From positions 672,001-736,000 of the forward strand of contig CAVYXA010000003.1 in assembly GCA_963772365.1 (NCBI GenBank): a stretch of 64,000 nucleotides of DNA. The letters run 5' to 3'. Positions 18,740 to 28,055 of this stretch are shown here, one piece after another. Made by a program: the position numbers and the translations under genes. The notes below the pieces were generated by a model. That model did no database searches. It was not told the origin of the DNA and was given only the letters and a program-made list of their open reading frames with translations. Position 1 is the stretch's first letter. Each line of letters starts with the position of its first letter. The DNA is from an uncultured Verrucomicrobiae bacterium (GTDB lineage: Bacteria > Verrucomicrobiota > Verrucomicrobiia > Chthoniobacterales > UBA10450).

Positions 18740-19714
18740 TTACGCTCCCTGGTACACGTATTTGGTGAAGACGTCGCCGGAGATAAATTTGTGAGCCCAT
18801 TTGCTATCAAAGTTTGCGGTTGGCTTCGCGGCAATCGTTTCCTCCAATGATTTGCCTGCTTTCTTTAGCGCAGCGACCCGATCGTGAATTGTAACCAGCA
18901 TTTCCTGATATTCGGTTAACTCCGATTTTCTGCCGATCTTGCCGTGGCCGGGGATAATGATCGTTTTATCGGTGACCTTGGAGAGGTTCATCTCAGTGGC
19001 CTTGATCATCCCTTCGATGTTTCCGCCTGTGGAATAATCAATGAACGGGTAGAGGTGGTTCCACCAGGTATCTCCGCAGTGCAGCAGATCAGCTTCGACA
19101 AAGTGGACCGAGATATCGCCATCGGTATGGCTCGGCCCATAATACGCGAGGGCGATGGTAGTATTATTAGGATGCAATGTCTTATCGTCGTTGAAGACCT
19201 CGCCTGGGATCGCGTCGGGAGGCGACGGCGGAAACGTGTGGTCCCACGCCTCGACGCGGGTTGTGTTGGAAAGATGCTTTCTCGTATTTTCGTGAGCCAG
19301 AATTGACGCGCCCTCTGAATGCATCCAGGCGTTGCCGTCAGTGTGATCGAAATGCCAGTGCGTATTGATCAAATGTTTGATTGGATCAGAGCTGATCTGC
19401 TCCAAAGCTGCGGAGATCTGTTTGCGCGACGTTGAATAGCCCGCATCGATGATGACCTTGCCGTCCTGTCCAGTGAGGACAGCGATGTTTCCGCCCGATC
19501 CGATGAGCGCACTGATGTTTCGGCGCAGGCGCTGAGTGGTGATCTTAGCCGTGGCGGCGTGTTTCAATGCAACCACGACAATGTCCTCGGTTTGGGCGAA
19601 AAGAGGGTTCGGAGTGAACCATGCGCCGGCAGTGAGAAGACCAGCGGTTGTAATAAATTGGCGGCGGGAAAACGAATGACCATCTTCGATAAATAACTGT
19701 TGTTTTTGGGGCAT
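18740..19714 (-). CDS. MBL-fold metallo-hydrolase with a Tat signal
   Basis: SRRQFI; THWHFDHTDGN; HTDGD; PGHG. Confidence 0.88.
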   Translation of the reverse strand: MPQKQQLFIEDGHSFSRRQFITTAGLLTAGAWFTPNPLFAQTEDIVVVALKHAATAKITTQRLRRNISALIGSGGNIAVLTGQDGKVIIDAGYSTSRKQISAALEQISSDPIKHLINTHWHFDHTDGNAWMHSEGASILAHENTRKHLSNTTRVEAWDHTFPPSPPDAIPGEVFNDDKTLHPNNTTIALAYYGPSHTDGDISVHFVEADLLHCGDTWWNHLYPFIDYSTGGNIEGMIKATEMNLSKVTDKTIIIPGHGKIGRKSELTEYQEMLVTIHDRVAALKKAGKSLEETIAAKPTANFDSKWAHKFISGDVFTKYVYQGA

Positions 19715-19868
19715 AAATTTTTCCTCTTGATCCGAAAGTTCGCAAGACCGAATTCCGATCAAGAACCTTTCACAAAAGGAAACTAAGGAAAGGACGAACA
19801 GAACAGAGGTCAGAGGTCAGGTGGAGATGAGGGATTCCACCAGGGGACGTTTCTGCTAAGGTGGCGAA

Positions 19869-20348
19869 ATGAGATTTCTTGTTCCAATCTTATTATTTCT
19901 GCTCGCTTCGGTATCGGTTATTTCGGCTCAGCCAGTCGTTTTCATTGTGCGACATGCTGAGAAGGCGACCAATGATGCAAAGGATCCTGATTTGTCTGGA
20001 GCCGGGCGTAAACGCGCGCAGATACTGGCTGGTGTCCTGAAGAACGCGGCAATTGCTGAAATTTTCACGACTGAATTTAAGCGCACGAAAGAAACTGCGG
20101 CGCCTGTAGCGAAGGAACTTCGCATTGCTCCAACTGTCGTGCCGGCCAAAGAAATAGGGGTGCTGGTTTCAAAATTGCGTCACCTAAACGGTAACGCGCT
20201 TGTGGTCGGACACGGGAATACGATTCCGGATATTATCAAAGCACTCGGACTCGACATACCGGTTAACATTCCGGAAACTGATTACACCGAGTTCTTAGTC
20301 GTGATACTCGCGGGTAAACCGGAGCTTTTGCGTCTGCATTATCCCTGA
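19869..20348 (+). CDS. Histidine phosphatase superfamily protein (secreted)
   Basis: VRHAEK, RT..TA, VVGH.NT. Confidence 0.85.
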   Translation: MRFLVPILLFLLASVSVISAQPVVFIVRHAEKATNDAKDPDLSGAGRKRAQILAGVLKNAAIAEIFTTEFKRTKETAAPVAKELRIAPTVVPAKEIGVLVSKLRHLNGNALVVGHGNTIPDIIKALGLDIPVNIPETDYTEFLVVILAGKPELLRLHYP

Positions 20349-20820
20349 AGAGATACAGGCTTTGTCTCCGGCGAAATAGGCGCACCCTGATGTTGATCTC
20401 GGATGTGACGGTTCGATGGACCGGACATTTAGCAGCCACATCCATCAGCATGGCGTGTTGCTCGGGCGTGAGATTTCCAGCAAGCTCGACATCAATATCG
20501 ACTCGATCGAGCATGCCTTCTTTGGTCTGACATTCATCGCAATCCCTGGCATGAATTCGTGAGTGCCACAGATATACGGAAACGCTCTCCAACGGCCACT
20601 TTCGTTGCCGCGCATACAATCCGACCATCATTGATGTGCACGCGCCTAAACCAGCCAGCACATAATCGTACGGATCCGGCGCGGCATTCGTGCCACCTGC
20701 GCTTTCGGGTTCGTCCGCACGGAAGGAATGTGAACCGCTGACAATTTCCTGCAGGAAGCTACGGGCGCTGCCCCGCACGACGACGTGCGGAGGCTCACGA
20801 TTTGTTTGCTGGACGGCCAT
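20263..20820 (-). CDS. OsmC family protein
   Basis: ADEP...GG...P.PYD...LGACT...KCPVHRT; 3' end overlaps the neighbour, so the true end is uncertain. Confidence 0.82.
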   Translation of the reverse strand: MAVQQTNREPPHVVVRGSARSFLQEIVSGSHSFRADEPESAGGTNAAPDPYDYVLAGLGACTSMMVGLYARQRKWPLESVSVYLWHSRIHARDCDECQTKEGMLDRVDIDVELAGNLTPEQHAMLMDVAAKCPVHRTVTSEINIRVRLFRRRQSLYLFRDNADAKAPVYPRVSRLRTRCNQFPEC

Positions 20821-20956
20821 TGAAGAGTTCACACCGAAAAATAGAAACCAGAAATGAAGAAAGTGGGAAGCACAAAGTGGCGGGAGGGGCCGCCATAATC
20901 TGGGCCAAGCGTGCCTGGAAGTTTGACGCTTCGCGTGCCAGCAAATACGCTCGCTT

Positions 20957-21496
20957 ATGACCACAGTGCAGCCGCCGATTGATCTAAAAAACTGGATCGA
21001 AAACAACCGAGACAAGTTCCAACCGCCGGTAAGTAATCTCTATCTCTACGACGGGCGCGATTTTTTTGTGATGGTAATCAAGGGGCCAAATGCTCGAAAC
21101 GATTTTCACAAGGTCGATTCCGAAGAGTATTTTTATCAGCTCAAGGGCGACATCAAAGTTCGCATTCGAGACGGCGACAAGATTGTCGATCATCTGGTGA
21201 AAGAGGGGGAAACGTTTTTCATTCCGCCCAATGTCCCCCATGCGCCAGTGCGCCCGCCGAATACGATCGGCGTGGTCGTGGAGCGGCGTCGTCCTCCGGG
21301 CGAACACGAGCACGTGATCTTCTATTGCGAGAATTGCGGCGCGCTGGTTGAGGACATCGATTTCGATTGCGCCGATATCGTGGAGCACTTCAGCAAGGCC
21401 ATGCTCGATTTTTGGAATGATAATGCGCGGCGAACCTGCAAGAATTGCGGCGCAAAAGTTCCGAAGCCCGAGCCGACGAAGCCGTTCGAGTCATGA
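20957..21496 (+). CDS. nbaC: 3-hydroxyanthranilate 3,4-dioxygenase
   Basis: GPNARNDFH...EEYFYQLKG, PPNVPH.P.R, C..C / C..C rubredoxin-like site. Confidence 0.93.
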   Translation: MTTVQPPIDLKNWIENNRDKFQPPVSNLYLYDGRDFFVMVIKGPNARNDFHKVDSEEYFYQLKGDIKVRIRDGDKIVDHLVKEGETFFIPPNVPHAPVRPPNTIGVVVERRRPPGEHEHVIFYCENCGALVEDIDFDCADIVEHFSKAMLDFWNDNARRTCKNCGAKVPKPEPTKPFES

Positions 21497-21497
21497 T

Positions 21498-21547
21498 TGT
21501 AGGGCGTTTCTGTGAAACGCCTGGGCGGCTGGCACAGACGTCCTACA
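21498..21547. repeat. GTAG-tagged REP doublet
   Basis: tgtagggcgtttctgtgaaacgcc plus inverted ggcggctggcacagacgtcctaca. Confidence 0.7.
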
Positions 21548-21548
21548 G

Positions 21549-22586
21549 ATGAAGATCGACATCCACACCCACATCCTGCCGCGGGAATGGCCTGACCTGG
21601 ACAAAAAGTACGGCTATCCGGGTTTCATCAGATTGGAGCATTGTGATGAATGCAGCGCGCGGATGATGATGGGCGATCGTGTGTTTCGTCAGATCAGCGA
21701 CAATGTTTGGGAGCCAAAGCGACGCATCGAAGAGATGGATGCGGCCGGCGTTACCGTGCAGGTGCTCTCAACCGTTCCGGTGATGTTCAGCTATTGGGCG
21801 AAGCCGCACGACACTCTCGATCTTTCGCGGTTGCTGAATGATCACATCGCCGAAGTGGTTCGCGCGCTTCCCAAACGATTCGTCGGGCTCGGGACGGTCC
21901 CATTGCAAGATGTCGACCTTGCCGCAGAAGAGATGGAGCGATGTGTTCGGCAGCTGGGCCTGCGGGGGGTCGAAATCGGGACCCACGTCGATCCTAACGA
22001 TCATTGTCATGGGCCTGAATGCCGGAACCTCGATCACTCGTCACTCGATGTGGTTTGGAAGACCGCGGAGCAACTTGGCGCCGCGATCTTTATTCATCCC
22101 TGGGACATGATGGGCAGAGAGCGGATGCCGAAATACTGGCTCCCGTGGCTGGTAGGAATGCCGGCCGAAACTTCCCTGGCGATTTGCTCGATGATTTTCG
22201 GTGGCGTATTTGAGCGGTTTCCAAGATTGCGTGTTGCTTTCGCCCACGGCGGCGGCGCGTTTCCAGGAACCATCGGCCGTATCGAACACGGATTTCACGT
22301 GCGACCCGATCTGGTCGCGATCGATAACAAAACCGAACCGCGGAAATATCTCGCGCAAGAGAATGCGCCGGCCAGATTCTATGTTGATTCACTCGTCCAC
22401 GATTCGGAGGCGTTGCGAATGTTGATCAAGTTGTTCGGCGCGGAGCGAGTCGCTCTCGGTTCGGATTATCCATTTCCTCTCGGTGAAGAGCGCGCCGGCA
22501 CACTCATTGAATCGATGAAATTGTCCGACAAAGAAAGATCACAATTATTGTCGGAAACCGCCCGCGAATTACTCGGGTTGTCTTAG
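21549..22586 (+). CDS. nbaD: 2-amino-3-carboxymuconate-6-semialdehyde decarboxylase (ACMSD)
   Basis: MKIDIHTHILP.EWPDL, LSTVPVMFSYWAKP, HPWDM, YWLPWLVGMPAET, GSDYPFPLGE. Confidence 0.93.
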   Translation: MKIDIHTHILPREWPDLDKKYGYPGFIRLEHCDECSARMMMGDRVFRQISDNVWEPKRRIEEMDAAGVTVQVLSTVPVMFSYWAKPHDTLDLSRLLNDHIAEVVRALPKRFVGLGTVPLQDVDLAAEEMERCVRQLGLRGVEIGTHVDPNDHCHGPECRNLDHSSLDVVWKTAEQLGAAIFIHPWDMMGRERMPKYWLPWLVGMPAETSLAICSMIFGGVFERFPRLRVAFAHGGGAFPGTIGRIEHGFHVRPDLVAIDNKTEPRKYLAQENAPARFYVDSLVHDSEALRMLIKLFGAERVALGSDYPFPLGEERAGTLIESMKLSDKERSQLLSETARELLGLS

Positions 22587-22588
22587 CT

Positions 22589-22671
22589 TGTCATCCTGAG
22601 CGAAGTCGAAGGATCCCGTGGAACGGGCTTAAGTTTAAGCAACGGGATTCCTCGACTCCGCTCGGAATGAC
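22589..22671. repeat. TGTCA-type palindromic repeat (copy 2), between convergent genes
   Basis: tgtcatcctgagcgaagtcgaaggatccc...gggattcctcgactccgctcggaatgac. Confidence 0.8.
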
Positions 22672-22675
22672 GGCC

Positions 22676-23353
22676 TTATTTGGAAATCGTTCTTAGCACC
22701 GCTCGCACTGGGCTGGCATCGAACCCGGCCAATGGCAACGGCAATGCGATCAGTTCGTAAATCCCTTCGGGAACATCCTTCAGCACAAGACCCTCGAGGA
22801 TTGACATGTGGTGTTTGAGCATCGCTTTATGTGCCGGCAGATCTTTGGAATCGAAGAGATCAATGCTTGGTGTGTCGATCCCGATCGTGATCACGCCGCG
22901 CTCGTGTAGAAAATCAATCAGCTCGACCGAAAGAGCGGCGAAATCCGTATTCCAATTTTCGGGTTCGGGAAAAGTTCCCGTAGCAAAGAGCACTCGAGGG
23001 TGGATCGCGATCTCCGAGCGCGAGGTTGACCCAGCCCCGCCAACCGCGGGCAAATTCGCAAGCATCGCCGGCGTAATCCGCGTCGCACGCGGAACATTCA
23101 CCCGAATGACCTGACACGGCCCGATGTAGTAATCGAGTGATCGCTCGTCAATCGAGGGCGCACCGCGTCCGTAGTGATTGGGTCCATCGGCGTGCGCCCC
23201 GAGATGCACTGTCGAGCGTAAGGTCGAAAGGGTCACGCTATCTCCGCCCGCAATATCCATTATGATTTCGCGTGTCGGCGATGTGTCGCCGGGCCAAACC
23301 GCGAGCTTCGACGTGATCGGCGGCGAGATGTCAAAGAGACTGACGAGTGACAT
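22676..23353 (-). CDS. kynB: Kynurenine formamidase (cyclase family)
   Basis: DISPP...VWPGD, HLGAHADGP.HY, GIDTPSID, ILEGL, DASPVRAVL; adjacent to kynA. Confidence 0.88.
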   Translation of the reverse strand: MSLVSLFDISPPITSKLAVWPGDTSPTREIIMDIAGGDSVTLSTLRSTVHLGAHADGPNHYGRGAPSIDERSLDYYIGPCQVIRVNVPRATRITPAMLANLPAVGGAGSTSRSEIAIHPRVLFATGTFPEPENWNTDFAALSVELIDFLHERGVITIGIDTPSIDLFDSKDLPAHKAMLKHHMSILEGLVLKDVPEGIYELIALPLPLAGFDASPVRAVLRTISK

Positions 23354-23411
23354 GTGGCGAGTGACAAGAACGCGATCTCTCTTGTCATTCGTCACTCATC
23401 ACTTGTCACTA
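23339..23411. repeat. Degenerate heptamer (AGTGACG-like) tandem repeats in inverted arrangement
   Basis: tgacgagtgaca...gagtgacaag...cttgtcattcgtcactcatcacttgtcact; similar tracts at 33548 and 35013. Confidence 0.6.
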
Positions 23412-24203
23412 CATTTCATGCCGTATCGCCCAAAGATCGGGAAATATCGGCCTGAAGAGCGATTCCTTTAGGAACGGCACACCTGGCGATCCGCCAGTTC
23501 CTTTCTTCGCTCCAATGGTGCGCTCAACCAATTTGATATGGCGGTAGCGCCACTCTTGAAGGCCCTCATCAAAATCGGTCATCAGCTCAAACAGGATCGA
23601 CATCTCCGGTGATTCTTTGTACAGGCGCAGAATCTCCTGCTGCACTTGTTCGTTTGGCTCATTCGGCTGGGTGATATCGCGCTTTTTCAGCTCGTCCGGA
23701 ATCTTTGCTCCGCGCGTCTGCAGAAAGTCGTAGAAATGATCCACCACAGTTCGTTCAGCGAGTCGTTTCTGAAGCCGATCATAACCCGGATAGTCCGGCT
23801 TCACGTACTTAAGCGTAGAAGCGCGCTTGTATCCCAATTCAAACTCAACCTCGCGAAATTGGATCGATTGAAAACCCGAGGCCGTGTCGAGGCGGTCGCG
23901 AAAACTGGAGAACGACGTAGGCGTCATGGTTTCGAGGATGTCGATTTGGGCCACGAGAACCTTCATGATTGTGCGGACGCGTTTAAAGGAATGGATCGCG
24001 CCGAATAATTCGCCGGCGGAGAAATCGCGTTTTATTTTATCGAATTCATGCAGCGTTTCTTTGAACCAAAGTTCGTAAGTCTGATGAATGATGATGAACA
24101 ACATCTCATCGTGCTCAGCCGGGCTCGATCGCGGATGCTGGAGATCGAGAAGTTTCTCCAGATCGAGATAACTGGCGTAGGTTAAAGGCGGCATCGTGTC
24201 CAT
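23409..24203 (-). CDS. kynA: Tryptophan 2,3-dioxygenase
   Basis: Y.SYL.L..LL..Q, HDEMLFIIIHQTYELWFK, SGFQS.QFR, WRYRH..LVERTIG.K.GTGGS. Confidence 0.95.
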   Translation of the reverse strand: MDTMPPLTYASYLDLEKLLDLQHPRSSPAEHDEMLFIIIHQTYELWFKETLHEFDKIKRDFSAGELFGAIHSFKRVRTIMKVLVAQIDILETMTPTSFSSFRDRLDTASGFQSIQFREVEFELGYKRASTLKYVKPDYPGYDRLQKRLAERTVVDHFYDFLQTRGAKIPDELKKRDITQPNEPNEQVQQEILRLYKESPEMSILFELMTDFDEGLQEWRYRHIKLVERTIGAKKGTGGSPGVPFLKESLFRPIFPDLWAIRHEM

Positions 24204-24331
24204 ATTAGACGTTGAGGAACAGATGACAAAATCTGTTTCGCGCGGTTGCGACTGAAACATTTCGCTCGCATGCGGCTAACATTTTCTTGGTTGGCCGAAC
24301 CAGAATCTCTCTGGTAACAAATGCGCATTGC

Positions 24332-25273
24332 ATGCAACCGCACGCGAAATCGTTTTATGTTGTGTTCGCCATCGTAGCCTTGCTGGTCATTCCAGCAGCG
24401 ATCGCACTGCACACCGTCGTTCATCCCGACATTTTGCAGCCAACTTCAGATAATCCGACGCCGCTGGGATACACCTGGAGCTTGTTGCTCTTCATCATCC
24501 CAATCGGCGCGCTGGCCTGGTGGTTTGCCTGCCGGCCGGACCTGCAATTCCCGCGAAAAGCATTTTGGAGAACGATCGGCGTGCTCGCGCCGCTCGGTTT
24601 CGCCCTCGATCTGCTCTTCGGCAACTCGTTCTTCATTTTTCCAAACGAGCCGGCCACGCTTGGCTGCGACGCTCCTGCAATCGGTGGCGGAATTCCGATC
24701 GAGGAATTCGTGTTCTATCTAACGGGATTCATGCTCGTGCTGCTCAGTTACATTTGGTGCGACGAATATTGGATGGCCGCTTATAACGTCCCCGATTACA
24801 AAGCCGCGGCCGAAGGCATACTGCGCATAGTCCGGTTTCATTTTGCTTCCGTCGTCCTTGGAGCGGCCCTGATCGCAGCCGCCATCGTGTATCGAAAATT
24901 CTTTTCCGGCGATCCGGAAGGTTTTCCCTGGTATTTCGTTTATCTCGCCTGCGCGTCGCTTATTCCGTCGGCCGGATTTTTTCACACCGCGCAGCGTTTC
25001 ATTAACTGGCGCGCATTCAGTTTTACATTTTTTCTTATTCTCCTGATCAGTTTGCTTTGGGAAGTGACGCTCGCGTTGCCGTACGGCTGGTGGGAATACC
25101 GGCCACAGATTCTAATGGGGCTGCACATCGGCGCGTGGTTCGGTCTACCGATCGAAGCGGCGTGCGTTTGGCTGGCCGTGACGTTCACGACCGTGATCAC
25201 CTACGAGGTGATCAAAATATGGAAAGCGCTCGGGACGCGCGCGCTTGAGGCGTTCTTCGGGACCGGAAAATAA
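24332..25273 (+). CDS. Polytopic membrane protein, lycopene-cyclase-domain-like (duplicated)
   Basis: Two internal repeats ending IPIEEFVFY and LPIEAACVW. Confidence 0.5.
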   Translation: MQPHAKSFYVVFAIVALLVIPAAIALHTVVHPDILQPTSDNPTPLGYTWSLLLFIIPIGALAWWFACRPDLQFPRKAFWRTIGVLAPLGFALDLLFGNSFFIFPNEPATLGCDAPAIGGGIPIEEFVFYLTGFMLVLLSYIWCDEYWMAAYNVPDYKAAAEGILRIVRFHFASVVLGAALIAAAIVYRKFFSGDPEGFPWYFVYLACASLIPSAGFFHTAQRFINWRAFSFTFFLILLISLLWEVTLALPYGWWEYRPQILMGLHIGAWFGLPIEAACVWLAVTFTTVITYEVIKIWKALGTRALEAFFGTGK

Positions 25274-25281
25274 CCCCTTCG

Positions 25282-25725
25282 TTACTTCAGCACCGCCTGA
25301 TGAAACTCGTACCAATCGTCGAGATTGTTTAGATTAACCGCGTCCTTCGGAGCCGAAGCGTCATCGGGAATAGCGCAATTGCCGAGAACGTTTTTGCGGG
25401 TTTCGTCGTCGTGATTGTAACCGCGCACCGCCGCGTTGTGTTTCTCGATCGATTGTCGATCTAACGACTTTGCGTTCTTTTTTACCCAGGCCTCGAACTG
25501 CGGATAGGTTGGCTTGTTTTGCTTGATGAAATCTTTGACGGCTTGTTCGTCGAGGCCGAGCGCGGCGCACGTCATCGCATCGAAACCTCTGCCGATCCCA
25601 GGATAACCGGCGGCGAGTTTGCCCTGCGATTCGGGTGAAACCTTCTGCCACATCCGCGGCAAATGCAGAACGCCGAGTGGACCGGCCGTGCCGGAACTAA
25701 TCATTGGAACGTAAGTGTTGGCCAT
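25282..25725 (-). CDS. DUF5069-like protein (second, divergent paralog)
   Basis: GPLGVLHLPRMWQK...GY...GFD...LGLD. Confidence 0.65.
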   Translation of the reverse strand: MANTYVPMISSGTAGPLGVLHLPRMWQKVSPESQGKLAAGYPGIGRGFDAMTCAALGLDEQAVKDFIKQNKPTYPQFEAWVKKNAKSLDRQSIEKHNAAVRGYNHDDETRKNVLGNCAIPDDASAPKDAVNLNNLDDWYEFHQAVLK

Positions 25726-25823
25726 ATGGGGAAAAGTTAGAGTTAAAGTGTTTATAAATCAGCGGCGATAATACAATCCAATTCAGAATATCCGAATCAG
25801 CAAATCATGCTTTCGCCAAAGAA

Positions 25824-26702
25824 TCACAGACTTCGGAGTAACTGCAACATGCTTCGGTGAAAGTTGGTTTCCGAGCTGTTGTATCCTTCATGCTTCAGCC
25901 GCGTCTCTCCTGTACGATCGATTATCACCAGAGATGGAAAGCCACTGAAACCGAAGGCAGCATGTGCCTTTCCGGCCGGATCGAATGCCAAGGGCAATCC
26001 AATCGGGTGTCGTTTGTCGAGTTGCCGGAATCGTTGGGGTGTGTCCCCGCCGGCATTGGTCGCCACGACGACGAATTCGATGTCCGGCCGATCCCGCAAT
26101 TCCTTCCGGATCGCGCTGAGCTCCGGTAGTTCTTCTTTGCATGGCCGGCACCACGTGGCGAAAAAATCAATCACCAGGATCTTTCCAGCGGTAGCTGTTC
26201 GAGGAACATTTCCGTCGCTCACCGGATCAAACTGGAACGCCGGCGAGGGATCTTTGCCGAGGTGAGTCATTACCCGCTGCATTTGGTTTGGAACGTAGAC
26301 AAGGCAATACCATATTGAGAAAGCTGCGACCGCAATCGTTGCGCCAATGATTAATCCTCTGGGTTGAGCCGCTCGAAAGAAAAACAGCCCGATGAACGTC
26401 GCTGCCGGCCAGATCAAAAGAGTTGGCCACAAGGACGGCAGTTGTCGAACAACAAAAAGAACAAAGACCGCGCCAAGCGGCAGACAAAGAAGCGCTCCGT
26501 CAATCCAGGCAGAAAGGATGCTTGTCCTGACCAAGAAAGCGCAAGCGAGCAGGAGAACCGCGCCAAGCGCGATGAGTAAACGGAGGTCGGTGAAAAACAC
26601 CGTAAGACCGACCATTACCGTAACGATTAGCAGGCCGAGACCAAGGGAACGCAGGCATTGAACCGTGATTCCGCGCTTCGATAATTGTCTGGTTACGGCC
26701 AT
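25824..26702 (-). CDS. TlpA-like thiol-disulfide oxidoreductase with an N-terminal membrane domain
   Basis: DFFATWCRPCKEELP; FPSLVIIDRTG. Confidence 0.85.
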   Translation of the reverse strand: MAVTRQLSKRGITVQCLRSLGLGLLIVTVMVGLTVFFTDLRLLIALGAVLLLACAFLVRTSILSAWIDGALLCLPLGAVFVLFVVRQLPSLWPTLLIWPAATFIGLFFFRAAQPRGLIIGATIAVAAFSIWYCLVYVPNQMQRVMTHLGKDPSPAFQFDPVSDGNVPRTATAGKILVIDFFATWCRPCKEELPELSAIRKELRDRPDIEFVVVATNAGGDTPQRFRQLDKRHPIGLPLAFDPAGKAHAAFGFSGFPSLVIIDRTGETRLKHEGYNSSETNFHRSMLQLLRSL

Positions 26703-26745
26703 TTATCATTCGATGCACCGGCATGTATCTTTGGATTCAATTATC

Positions 26746-27966
26746 TTACTTCATGACGTTTAAATAATATTCATCCCAGGCTGCGGGAATGGATTCTCGA
26801 GAACTGTAGGGGCCCGGCTCGTAGGCGCGTGACGCAATTCCCAGCTGGCTCAGCTCGCACATGTGCCAATCCTGTTTGTTCGTCATGTCCCAGAACTCGA
26901 TCGCGTCGTCGGGATTAAAATCCTTTCGCTCAAATGCCTGAGGATGAAAAAACCAATCGCACAGGATCAACGTCCGTTCCGGCGACTGCGGCCAGAGCTG
27001 ATGCACCATCACATATTCCGGATGTATCGAGAGGAGCATGTTCGGAAAGATCGAGTAATAGAAAACAATTTGGGGCTCATGGTCAGGTCCGCCACCGGAC
27101 GGACTCGCCGTGGCGAGCTCTCTATTGCCCGCTCTAATTGGCAGCGCGCAAGCATTGCCACTCATAGTCAGGCTCTTGCCCGCATTGATCTTCATGAATC
27201 CGCCGAGAAACGGTCCTTCAGTCAAATCGTTCTCCGCCGAATCGTACGGCGAAACTTTCTGCAACTGCGGATGCACGCCCGGGCAGTGATAACACTCCGA
27301 GTAATTCTCGAACATCAACTTCCAGTTCGCCCGCACGTCGTACTCGATCCGTTTCGCCGGTTGCAAGATCGATATGTTCCAATCCGAAAATTTTCTGGCG
27401 AGCGGAGCAAGCCATTCTTCGAGAGTCGGTACCTCATCCCGCCTCTCTCCTGCCGGGAGAGACGGACGCGAAGCGCCAGTGAGGGTCTCCGTTTCTGTGA
27501 GATTTACAAAAATGAATCCTTCCCAAATCCCGAGGTTCACCGGCTTCAACGAATAATCAGCCTTATCAAACCCCGACACCTCATCCATGTGCGGCGCGCC
27601 GATCAATCGACCGTCCAGCGCATACGTCCACGCGTGATATGGACATTGGATCGCGGACAAATGTCCGTTTCTTTCTTCGCACAATCGGGAACCGCGATGC
27701 CGGCACACATTGAAGAACCCGCGAACCTCGCCACCTTTGTCCCGAACTACGATTAGCGATTCACGATTCACTTCCTGGACGATGTAATCGCCAGGATCCG
27801 CGATCTGACTCTGATGCCCGACAAGCAGCCACTTTTTCGAAAAAATTTTCGTCTGCTCGTCGGAGAAAACCTCCGGCGAAACAAAGTACTTTTGCGAAAG
27901 CGACTTTGCTCCATGCGCAAAACGCTCGGTCGTCTTGCGGAAGATCGGAATCCTCTTTGCCTGCAT
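26746..27966 (-). CDS. Rieske non-heme iron oxygenase alpha subunit (GbcA/choline-monooxygenase-like)
   Basis: CRHRG...CPYHAW Rieske motif; NWK...ENYSECYHC..VHP; QD. Confidence 0.9.
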   Translation of the reverse strand: MQAKRIPIFRKTTERFAHGAKSLSQKYFVSPEVFSDEQTKIFSKKWLLVGHQSQIADPGDYIVQEVNRESLIVVRDKGGEVRGFFNVCRHRGSRLCEERNGHLSAIQCPYHAWTYALDGRLIGAPHMDEVSGFDKADYSLKPVNLGIWEGFIFVNLTETETLTGASRPSLPAGERRDEVPTLEEWLAPLARKFSDWNISILQPAKRIEYDVRANWKLMFENYSECYHCPGVHPQLQKVSPYDSAENDLTEGPFLGGFMKINAGKSLTMSGNACALPIRAGNRELATASPSGGGPDHEPQIVFYYSIFPNMLLSIHPEYVMVHQLWPQSPERTLILCDWFFHPQAFERKDFNPDDAIEFWDMTNKQDWHMCELSQLGIASRAYEPGPYSSRESIPAAWDEYYLNVMK

Positions 27967-28055
27967 TTTTTACCCGCAGATTACGCGGATAGCACACACT
28001 AGAGTCAATTAGGAAGCCAGGAAAACATGAAATGCAATCGAAGTAACGTACGGCA

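Noticed and set aside
21985..22030. Extra DPNDHCHGPECR segment in ACMSD as another repeat insertion
   Set aside because: No clear hairpin or match to the repeat families in this window; may be an ordinary loop variant.
26863..27756. Long antisense ORFs (e.g. 26863-27756, 13992-14831, 51318-52076, 33614-34267)
   Set aside because: Shadow frames opposite well-supported genes in GC-rich DNA, with no protein motifs.
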